Source of the DNA: Phoronis australis
Lineage: Eukaryota; Animalia; Phoronida
Reading direction: 5' to 3'
DNA length: 64,000 bases
Assembly (NCBI GenBank): GCA_002633005.1
Contig: NMRA01000757.1
Span: 30,990-94,989, forward strand
Position numbers and translations under genes: made by a program. Shown here in pieces: positions 41,201 through 53,200 of the stretch; the first letter of the stretch is position 1, and the number at the start of each line of letters is the position of its first letter. A model generated the notes under the pieces. The model ran no database searches and had not been told where the DNA came from. It saw only the letters and a list, made by a program, of their open reading frames with translations.

Positions 41201-44200
41201 TCAATGTGACAATTTGGAACATTTAAATGTGCTAAATGACATTAAACTCATTTTTAAATCATTTGGTAATCATTAAAGCAAAAAATAAGTAGTTATTAGT
41301 GACGGCATTACTCTGTAACTGTTGACGATAACAGTGGCACCTGGGGATAACTTCGATTGGACCGGAGTTAAGCGTTCATACTGCACTGCAGCGTCGACGC
41401 TGCGGTCTTAAATCCACCTGTTAACTGCGATGTTAACTGGAGCTGTTAACTGCGATACAGGACCGGAGTTAAGCGTTCATACTGACCGCAACTCCCCAAA
41501 CCATCGACGCGTCGACGTTAGTATGAAAGGCCCTACTGACTGTTTGCTAAACCACGACAATTGCTTCCAACTCAACACAAATAATGTTGCATGCAATACC
41601 ATTTTTAAAAACCCTTTTTAAATCCTGGAGGTCTTATTAATACCGCGAGTCAGCGTTCCTGATGTACCTAATGAAATGATTGTGTGAAATCCATTCATTG
41701 CTACAGCAGTTAGATTCACCTTCGGCAATTTCGAGTATTCAATCTTAGGTTGTAGTCCAATAGATAATTTGACTCAACCTAAACTTATCCCAGGGCTTGG
41801 CTTTAAAAAGACATAAATACAACTCACAATAGGAGTACTAAATTACCTCAGAGCCATTTTGCAAAATATCGTTTAAACAGGCAAGCACTTTATCTAGGCC
41901 TCCAACTGCCAAAAAACCAGGATGCAATGCAGGATCTGAAATGAAACATTTCAATGAAAGAAGGTTGACATTAAAATGAATCAAAGTATATTTAATGGTT
42001 ACTTCTTCTGTTTACTGTAGACCAGCAGGCACTTGGGGGTCTTAAGTATCATGAATACACAATAGAAACATGTTAAAAAAACGCTATAACCAAATGGACA
42101 GGAAAAGAAAAAAATACCAGCAGTCCATCACAAAAAACTTAGGGCTGTTCCAGCAAAATCTGTGTGAGAGGGGGGGAGGCAACTGAAATAAAAATTTATG
42201 GGTGGTTGCGTTTGATTTAAATTCAAAATGGCTAGTGGTCGTACTTCAAAAAAATAAAAATTTACAGGTCGTGGTTGTTTCATTGGGCCATAAATGTTTG
42301 ATGGTGGGTAATTTTAGTAAATTTTGTAAACAATCCGCACAGAATCAAAAACTGAAACAAAAATGCAACTTGCAAAAAGCTCCGACTTTTTCACTCCCTC
42401 CGATCTCCTCATCGGCATGCCCATAACACCATTTAACCACAGGTGCCCGAATTTCTCGATGGCTAATAAAAATATATAAGAAACATATGTTTTCTTAGTA
42501 ATGAATGACGTTAGTGGTGATGGAGGAACAGATAAACTCAAGCGCCTGTGCAGTCAACCACAAGAACAAAAAAAAATTACGGGTGGTTGCATTTCGAACT
42601 TATAAAAAATTACTGGTGGTAGGCTGAAGAAATAAATGAAAAATATGGGTGGTGGGTGCGAAAAAAGGTGCCTTCCCCCCTCCCATACAGATTTTACTGG
42701 AACAGCCCTTATTTCTGTTTATCACATTGCCAAAAAATTCAGGGTGAAACACTGAAATTTTGTTAGTAAGCAGCACTCTGTTTAATAAATGGTGCTTATT
42801 TGTCTTTGTATCTACACATTGGTGCATGGTTTACATATAATTGTTTAACAAGTTTTACTATGACCAAAAACAGAATCAGAAGGGCACAAAGGTAGCATTC
42901 AATGATACCCATACTAAAGTGGCCTGTGACATTACTAAAAGTGGCCTGTGACATTACTAAAAGTGACCTGTTACATCACTAAAAGTGACCTGTTACATCA
43001 CTAAAAGTGACCTGTGACATTACTAAAAGTGGCCTGTTACATCACTAAAAGTGACCTGTTACATCACTAAAAGTGACCTGTTACATCACTAAAAGTGACC
43101 TGTGACATTACTAAAAGTGGCCTGTTACATCACTAAAAGTGACCTGTTACATCACTAAAAGTGACCTGTTACATCACTAAAAGTGACCTGTGACATTACT
43201 AAAAGTGGCCTGTTACATCACTAAAAGTGACCTGTTACATCACTAAAAGTGACCTGTTACATCACTAAAAGTGACCTGTGACATTACTAAAAGTGGCCTG
43301 TTACATCACTAAAAGTGACCTGTTACATCACTAAAAGTGACCTGTTACATCACTAAAAGTGACCTGTGACATTACTAAAAGTGGCCTGTGACATAACTAA
43401 AAGTGGCCTGTTACATCACTAAAAGTGACCTGAGACATCACTAAAAGTGGCCTGTGACATCACTAAAAGTGACCTGTGACATTACTAAAAGTGGCCTGTG
43501 ACATCACTAAAAGTGGCCTGTGACATCACGAAAAGTGGCCTGTGACATCACTAAAAGTGGCCTGTGACATCACTAAAAGTGACCTGTGACATCACTAGAG
43601 TGTCAAATAATCATACCTTGTAACATGACAGATAACTGCTCAACAGCAGACTTTCTGATAGAACTCTCTAAGGTTGAAGAGTCAAATATAGACAAGACCT
43701 TCTGCACATTCTCATCCTAATAAGCAAAAGTAGAAGAGATGATTGTTTACATTAAACTCGTAGACATAGCACTTTTCACAGTTTCTCATATCAGGCAACA
43801 AAAACAATATATTTTTGAGGATTCTTCCATATTTATCAGACACAGTTACCATGTAATGGACACATTGGATTAAATAATTACAAAAAATTGCCTCAAAATC
43901 AAAACTAATTAAAACCAATTTAGCTGAAGTTAGTAGCTTAATGTTGTCGAGATCTTGTTTCATCAAATCGATTTTGAGATTATTGTGTTTACATATAAGC
44001 CGTTAAATAACACTGTTCAAAGAAATTTGTGATGGCATTGTATCACCAAGATGACTACCTTGCTTCTCTATAACTCAAACATGTTTATTATACTTTTATT
44101 TTTGACCACTTGCCATGTGGGTTGTTTGTTGGGAATGAAGAGACTTGGCACAAAAAAGAACAAGCCAAGTCAAGCCAACATCAAGTCTACTCTGGAGCAG

Positions 44201-47200
44201 TAGAGAACTATTACTTCTTACCATCACAGCTTGGTTCTAACCTCCAAACTCGAAATCGGACTTGACATTATTTCTGATATTTTCCAAAGTCAATATAAAT
44301 ATTATTTATCCCGCACTTGAGTATACTATGGTTTATGCAGATGAGTTTCTAGGGCAAGTGTGCACTTTATGACTCCAAGATTTGAGCTACTATCGAGTTC
44401 AAAGTAGATTTCCAGTAAAAACTCAAAAATTTTGAGTTCAGGCTTGAGCTTATAGCTATAATGCTGGGGTCAACAAGTGCAAAAGAGGATTATAATCCAC
44501 GCAAACCATAATCAACACTCAACACGTGCACAGAATAAGACAGTAATATTGAGTTTGCATTACAGTGGAAAAGAAAATGTCAAAAATAACTGTCTGTTCA
44601 ATTTTGAGAAAAGGATTAGCTTCTGGGCCCTGGAATCATTCCTGAGTAAAAAAAATATAAGAGGATTCAGTTTCATGTGATATCTGACCTCCATACAATC
44701 TCTAAAACACAACCATCACTTTCTAAACCAATGTCTTTACCTTCAGAATTGACGTGCCAACACTATTCTCCAAATAATTCGGCCCGTCAACAACAAATAC
44801 ATCTGAAAGATCTGACAAGCTGTGACTGGACAGAGTAGGCAAGCCACTAGCACCGTCTATTGAGAGGAAATGAAACAACCGCTTCACTCCTTCAAGTCTT
44901 ATTCTGAAGCAGAAAATGTGAACCACTCATTAGTAAAAATGCCATAAGAAAAAAAATACTTTCTTCCAAACAATTTCACCCTCACAAAAGTTTAAAGTAT
45001 ACCCGTCACGTTATCCTGGATACCCGTCACGTCAGCCTGTATACCCGTCACGTCAGCCTGTATACCCGTCACGTCAGCCTGTATACCCGTCATGTCAGCC
45101 TGTATACCCGTCATGTCAGCCAGTATACCTGTCATGTCAGTCTTGATGAACAAAAGTAGCCTATTATCCAGGTATGTGTATGGTAACACACGACTAAGGA
45201 AGGTGAACATGTTCTCATAGGTTCAGCAAAATTAACTTTTGTTTACACTTATGCAAAACTAAAGGTCCTTGACCAACATAATACCGACTCAAAAACAAAT
45301 TTAAAGTTAATGCAACACAAAGATGTAGGAAATTAATCAAGAACGGTAATTAGTAGTTACTGTTCTTTCAATAATGAATATTATTAAGTAACTGCATTAA
45401 CATAAGTTCTGATACTATTAATTAATAAGCATATTTCTACCACTTTAAAGACACCACACACAATTTTGAGAATGTCTAGACGTCAAGCATCATAAAATTA
45501 TTTAACATTAGATCTAGATCTGTAAAACATGAGGTAAAAAATAATTAAAACTTATCACAAGTCTTCACAGTATCCAAGGACTACACGTGTGTTACCTTGA
45601 TTCAAATGCAAACATCATTCTAATAGACGCACGCAGCCTTTCAAGTAATGGCAAGCAACTGGTGACATCTGTAGGTTGTGTCTCAATCAATCCCAGAATG
45701 CAATCACCCAGTGTCCCCTGTATTCCACTGTAGCCCTGAATTTATACATAATGCTGCAGTGAACTGCTCTGTTCCTGACTAGACTCAATATAATGGAGTT
45801 CATTTCAATAAACAAAATCTTGATCAGGCATTAAACAGAAATGGGAATGATCAGATATAGCAATTTACTGAAACAAAAACAAATGATTAATACCTATGAG
45901 TTTTCAACATAACATGAATGATCATTACAGACTTAATAAAGACGTTGGACGTCCTTCTTAGCTCTCATTTCATGTGAGATAAATCCTAATAAAGCTCACC
46001 AAATAGGACTTAAAACTTCTCGTCATGAAAGTTTCGGTTAAAGCATTCAGTTGGAAATACAACTTGAAACTGAATTGATTGAATTTTGGAATGACTGGCG
46101 AGCCCCAAAGTTCCCCATCTGAGTTTTCTTTTATTTGTGCTTTGGGTTAGATAAAGGTACCATCATGGTAAAGAAATGCATACTTATTTTGCCTGAAAGG
46201 ATAAATAGCCAAGTTTTAATTTTAGTTTTTGGACTCCAAGGCCTTGCAGTGGGGTCAAGTGGGGTGACCTCGTTAACAGGAAACAAGACACTCAACCCAC
46301 TAGGACGCAATGCCTCCTCTATGGAAGAAACCTATTCAAAACCATGAGTCAGAGGAACGAATCAGAAAGATGTAGGTAACATACCTGTAAGACAGGCATG
46401 ACAACAGCCACGCAGTCCAATAACTGCTTCCATACGTGTGACTGTACCAGGAGTTTACACTGTAGTAAGTGTAGGATAATACTGCGGGCTGGTTTAGATA
46501 CCTGAGGTGAAGTTAGACAATGAATTAGAGCACAGGTAGACATGTTACAAGATGCCCTGCAAAACTAAAGAAAAGATGAATATCACCAACATAAATACAC
46601 TATAATACAAAGCACTTTATCTAGTACGCACATACTGGACAGTTAAACATTGCCACACGACATACATACATACTAAGGCCAAAATACGTTTATAGCAAAA
46701 TCAGAATAAATCTTGACAATGTTTCTTTCCAAATGTACATCTCAAAAATACACTTCTCAGTAAGCTAACAACAGGCGGGGTAAAAAACAAGGGTTTTGAT
46801 ACAGGACATGTCAAAAGAAACCAAAAAAAACACTGTTCTTTGGTCNNNNNNNNNNNNNNNNNNNNNNNNNNNNNNNNNNNNNNNNNNNNNNNNNNNNNNN
46901 NNNNNNNNNNNNNNNNNNNNNNNNNNNNNNNNNNNNNNNNNNNNNNNNNNNNNNNNNNNNNNNNNNNNNNNNNNNNNNNNNNNNNNNNNNNNNNNNNNNN
47001 NNNNNNNNNNNNNNNNNNNNNNNNNNNNNNNNNNNNNNNNNNNNNNNNNNNNNNNNNNNNNNNNNNNNNNNNNNNNNNNNNNNNNNNNNNNNNNNNNNNN
47101 NNNNNNNNNNNNNNNNNNNNNNNNNNNNNNNNNNNNNNNNNNNNNNNNNNNNNNNNNNNNNNNNNNNNNNNNNNNNNNNNNNNNNNNNNNNNNNNNNNNN

Positions 47201-47256
47201 NNNNNNNNNNNNNNNNNNNNNNNNNNNNNNNNNNNNNNNNNNNNNNNNNNNNNNNN

Positions 47257-47287
<31 letters not shown>

Positions 47288-50200
47288 CTAACGGTGAATT
47301 CCACTTACACTCACCAATCGTGACAGAGACTGGCACAGTATCGGATAACACACTAACAACCGAATTTCGTGGTATTTACCCACAACTCAGCAACATCCCT
47401 CAAGCAGCTCTCAAGCTCCGTTTAAATGCCATTGAAGTTTCTCATGTAACTTGATGGTGCCTTACTTTTTCTAAGCTACATTAACAATATTCGACCTTCC
47501 GATGCCAGCAGTTTTATTGTGCAGTTGCGTTGTTGGCTGCAACTCCAGAAGCAGAAAGTTGTTGTTGACAAGATTCCTAGAATCAGTCCGACATTTTTAA
47601 AAAGAGGCCAGGTGTAACAACATGTTTTCTTACCTCCAGGACAAAGACTTCTATCGAGAACCGTCCTACTCCGTACGCGTTCAGTCCACATGATGAGGAG
47701 TTCCAGATAATTTTTATCTGAGTGGTTATTTCTTGTATGTATTGTCATTCAATTATGATTACTTACAGACAACTCCACGTCATTCATGCCAAAACAACAG
47801 ACTTCATACAGGATATCCACGTCCAGTAGGAATAAGACAAGAGGACCGACGGAAGCAGAAGGCTTCACTGCTGCGGTGATGTTTAGTGAGTGCTGGAAAT
47901 AACAAAATGAAAGATATGTTACTCATTACTTAACCACAATCACAATTTAGCATTATTGATAATAGTGTTTGTATAATGACTGCTTTAACATACAATATTA
48001 CAAAACTGAAGTTAAAAAGTTAATGTAAAACTTAATTAAGTAAAAGTTTATCAATTGCAAATTAAACTACTTCAATTTCAAAAAACTGTGAAAGTATAAA
48101 ATGTATGCAGCAGGATAAATTAATAAAAAGTAAACGTCGAGATCAAATAAAATAGTTCGATAGTTGGAATATTTATAAAAAAGATAATACACAGTGAAAT
48201 GACGGGCAAAACAATCACCAACAATAAAAAATTGAAGGCAATGAAGTAGGTAAGCCAGTCTATCACTTCTAGGTGTTCATGTGAAGAGTAAAATGTAAGT
48301 GTGTTCATGTGAAGAGTAAAATGTCAGTGTGTTCATGTGAAGAGTAAAATGACAGTGTGTTCATGTGAAGAGTAAAATGACAGTGTGTTCATGTGAAGAG
48401 TAAAATGTCAGTGTGTTCATGTGAAGAGTAAAATGTCAGTGTGTTCAATTAGCAATATGGAGCCCAAAATAACGTATTTGCACTGGACATATAAATTGTG
48501 CTAAACACACCTGTACGAGCTCAAGACAGGCAGTGTAAGAATACGCCCGGATGTTCAGTATGGGATGAGATAGGAGCTTGAGCAGCAGTTCACGTGACCG
48601 GTTCTGAACGGGAGCACTGACTAGACTGGAGACACAGCTGTAATATACACACAGAAGAGTGGAATTTATTATGGGTATAAACAAATGATAAATCATATTT
48701 TTCTGGAAAATTGCTCAGGTATGGTTCTCAAGTATCTCTATTTTCACAATTAGTGTATCAAAGATGGGTGAGTTTTGAGGCTTGATGTATATCAAAGATG
48801 GGTGAGGTTTGAGGCTTGATGCTGTCGAGAACTTTTGATGTCACAAAAATGAAGTGAGAGGACACAGTTCAACACATAATTTGTTTATCCGTTGCTTTTT
48901 ATACTTAGTGACATTATCGTCAAGAAAACTTTTTTCTGAGATCAGTTGCAGTGCAGAATCAAACCAGAAACTCTTACATGACAGACAAACACTCTGCTGG
49001 TGAAGGTAAATCCTACGCAAAAAAAATAAGCATATTCAACTGGTCGTCACCAGCCTTGAGTTCACCAAATGTCTGGCGGCGACAACTAGCGATTTGTAAT
49101 AAAAACACTAAAATACACCGGATCGTGTTGTTTTATAGTTCTGGTCAAAGCTAAAAAATCTATAAAATTCAACAATAAAAAATAAAAGGTTTGAAAATAA
49201 TTGTTCCAATTTATCACGTCATTGTTCAGACAAACACAAGCTTCAGAAGTTTACAGACAACATAACAAAGAAATACTGACCAATGAAAAGATCAACAGTT
49301 GTGTACACTTTGGAATGGAGGGAGCTTGAATTGTTGAAAATGATTGTTTTGTAAACTGGTGAAATTGGCAATAATCACCATGGAATTTAAAATTTAGAAG
49401 TATTTTTTTCTTCTGACCCTGTCATGAAGTGGCAAAAACATGTGTTTAGTCGTTTCAGAATATTTTGCACCTCACGGAACACTTCGTTAATTGACAATCT
49501 TATGGTTCCATTATGAAGCAGCGACAACAACCATGCTACGCGAAATCTTTCAATTGTTAAAAATGGTTATGCACTGGAACTAATCGTTATACTAGTTCTC
49601 AGGAAGAAGACGTTGTCATAGAAACACAACTCTCAGTAAATAATAATCTTGAAGCTCCATTCACAACTACATTTTCATAATTTTCAAACACAATGAAGTT
49701 AATGACGTTCTTAGTTAGACAATAGATAGCTCATCAATTTCTTCAGCAGCTAGATTTGCTACGGATGTGAACTTAGTTTATTCTTTTTGCTCTTGGCAAT
49801 TTTAACTAGACACACTCATTACGATACAGGGTTTTAAAGCCGCATTTCACTATTTAGCTGGCTTTTCGTCTCATTGGATCGATCTCACAATATTCCTTGC
49901 TGTACCGTATTCGCCGTAATGACAGCCCATGCCCCTATAAGCGCCCCCACGTGTTTTCAGACTTTGCTAAAATAAGCGCCCAGTCCATGAACGCTGAGCA
50001 CATGCGAAAAATGCTTTACCTGCAGTTTCGGAGACCAGGTTTCAACCACTTTTAAGCGCCCCTTCCTGAAGCAAAATTTTCTAAGCACCCTGGGCACTTA
50101 TAGGGCGAATATGGTATTCTCAAGTCAAAGTCAATATGATTGTACACGAGCCACCTTCGAATTCGCAATTTTAGGGTTGGCCGACCCCAATAAACTTTGA

Positions 50201-53200
50201 AGTGTTTTTTGAGTCGCTGATGGCTTCAGTGTTCTAGCTAGTAATGATATCACACCAAGCAATATTACAAGATTGATTTCATGATAGTAAAAGGCCAAGT
50301 ATGATCTTTGTTTTTCAGCAAGTAAATGTAGCCTTAAGTAATATGATCACTACAAAAAATCCCTGGTTAATGTTTCGTGTAATAAATCTATGATCAACAA
50401 ACCAAAACTCACATGTCTGAGCACAGTTTGACACACGAGTCTATGTATGGGTAGCAGCAGTGATACGGTAAACTTGGCAACGCCTCTTCAGCTAAGGATA
50501 GTAAGTCCACCATGTCTGTTCTGGGAAACTGGATGTCGAGATAAAGCAAGTTTCAAAATTTGATAGAAATACTGTCAACGAAAAAGCAATAATAATTATG
50601 AAAATTAATACTTAATATTCGCTTGTTTTGTATGACATTATTTTGACATTTTGGACCCAGTCAAATAAAAATACTGTAAATTCATGGGTTAACGCCCTGG
50701 GCACTTAAATTGAGGAATGCCTAAAACAGGTGGGTGGGCGATTACCCGAGCAGTTAGTGTGGTAATAAGGCATTCCTGAGTGCCGCAGTGATTTTTTGCT
50801 CATACGGATTTTTGACATTTTTTTCTTTCACCAACAGCTAGAATACCCGGAGGACGGTTATAAAAAGTGAGAACTGCTCTTTTTCCAAAATCAGGGCTAC
50901 GGATCAATAAATTAATTGTCAAGTTTAAAAAAAACTCGCATTGACATGTATGTTTGGAGCACACATGAGCCAAGAGTATCGTGGTTCCACGAATGGGAAG
51001 ACATTCATTCGGTTGGCTATGAATGTCAATTTAGGCACCCGAAAGAACACCATGTGTCCTGTGCGCTTGTTGCCAAAAGTTACACCACTTCATCACAAGG
51101 GGGCATCCACATTTAACCGCTGAGTGATGACCAATGTCGTAAAAGAGAAGTACCAGTTCTATAAAAATCTACGGAGTAGGCCATTATTAAATTTAACAAA
51201 ATACCAGTTAATAAGTTTAAGAAAAGGTAGTTGCAGTGCTTAAGTTATTCCACAAATGCTGGCTAAAAACACAACTTTTCAAGACAATCATTACGTAGGT
51301 ATATGCCTGCCCTGTTTCTCGCAAACACGTAAGTCCGAGCCCGAGGGGAAGCTGCCACCAAAAGCGCGAGTTCAAACTCAAGTTCTGTTAGCAGTAAGTT
51401 GGGGATGGATGATTACCTCAGAGGTGGGCGCTAAAGAGGAAATTTGGGCAAAGTAGGCGATGGGTGCAATCGTTGGAGCATAGGGATTAACCCAGACGCG
51501 AAAATTTTATAAAAATGCTAAATTGTCCCCGTGATAACTGGAATGGCAAAAATAATCCAGGACCAGCAATTTTTTTTTAAATGTGAGGTGACTGCATTTC
51601 CATTCCTATTATTGTGAGTCCAAATCCTGTCATAACAATGGCAGACACATCATTGGTAAATATCCAAGTAACAAACATCCAACATGCATGATAAAACTAA
51701 TTAGCATTATTTATGAGATCACATACAAACTTTCACTTGACCCAATTTCAAATTCCAGCAGGTAAGACGGGCATCGCTGATGTAGTTTCCTTTTAATTCG
51801 CTTACTGTTTGCGATGTTGGCCTTGTTTGCCTGAATACTCCCAAAATCTCACAGCACAAAAGTGGTGACATAACGATTGCAAAGAATTTATAAAAATGCT
51901 GTGAAATCCAACTAATTTATTAATAAACTTTCATTCAAGTGATAGGTGAGCTACAGACGGTGATCACGTTGTCCACTAAATACTTTACTGCCACCTAGCA
52001 GTTCATTTTATAATTCATGTTGCAGCACTTACATCAAAACACGGCTATAATCAACACTTGTCTTGTGAAACAAGGCATCAACACTTGTGAAACCTTACTT
52101 CATATGCAATGCAGTGAAATCATTGCAGTATAAGATGATCACTTACTTAGAGACGTAATAGGCTGGTTGCAGACATTTTGACCTGGTCCACCAGGTCTTT
52201 ATCAATGAATGAGGCCTTTCGCTGGTTAAGAATATTTGAATACACGGGAGGTAAGTGGAGACCTCAGTTCCGGTTCAAGAGGGGGCACTAAGTACTGATG
52301 TTTATGGACTCTTTTAGCTAACATCAGCACTCAGCGCCCTCTTCTGAACTGGGACCAAGGTCTCCACTAACCTCCCGTGTATTCAAACATTCTAAACCAG
52401 CGAAAGGAGGGAAATCCCTCATTCATTGATTAAGACTTGGTGGACCAGGTCGAAACGTCTGCAACCAACCTACCACTCTCTATGTAAGTGATCACCTTAT
52501 ACTTCAATGCCTCTATAGACCAGTGACCAACCTACTCTCCAGTGAGATTACCATAAGTTTACATTAAAATAGCAATGTTCCGATTTCAACAGACAAACAA
52601 AATGGTTCAATATACCTTGTTGTTACATTCAGACAAGAATATACATGTTTTCTGCATTGATCCATTAATGTCCATCACTTTGCCGTATAAGTGGCTGGTC
52701 TCCGGGTCACATGACTCCACATAGCCCAATAAGGTGTCCCGAACGTGTGGGTAGGAATGAATTATGGGAAGGTCCAGTAAGATCTTACTCAAATAAATGA
52801 TGACATTCTCCGGCAACACAGACTGAGCCTGAAAACCAACAGCGTACAGCAAATTAAAACAAGCAGTGCCCCCTATACAGATAAACGCCTGTGAAAGCGA
52901 GTATCAAACTACTTCAACCCAGCAAACTTCGCAGAAAATATGACAAAACTTTTTGTTTGAAAGCTTGATACTGATTCGCTCGTAGCGTCGAAACAGTCTC
53001 CTTTCTTTAAGTGTGCAGCTATATAGCAAAGCACCGAGGGACATAACAAACACACAAATTAAAACACTTGTCTAGCTATATTTCGAGACTTTGTGTCTCA
53101 TCATCAGGCAATGAGTGGAATGAACATATACGTAGCGAAATAAACAGTGAAATACACGTGACAGTGGGAAGAGGGGCATACAAGCAGAGAGTGTGAATGT

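Noticed and set aside
52971-52998. Extra hammerhead-like CTGATTCGCTCGTAGCGTCGAAACAGTC on the plus strand
   Set aside because: The core lacks the conserved GA; at best a decayed motif, so it was not called.
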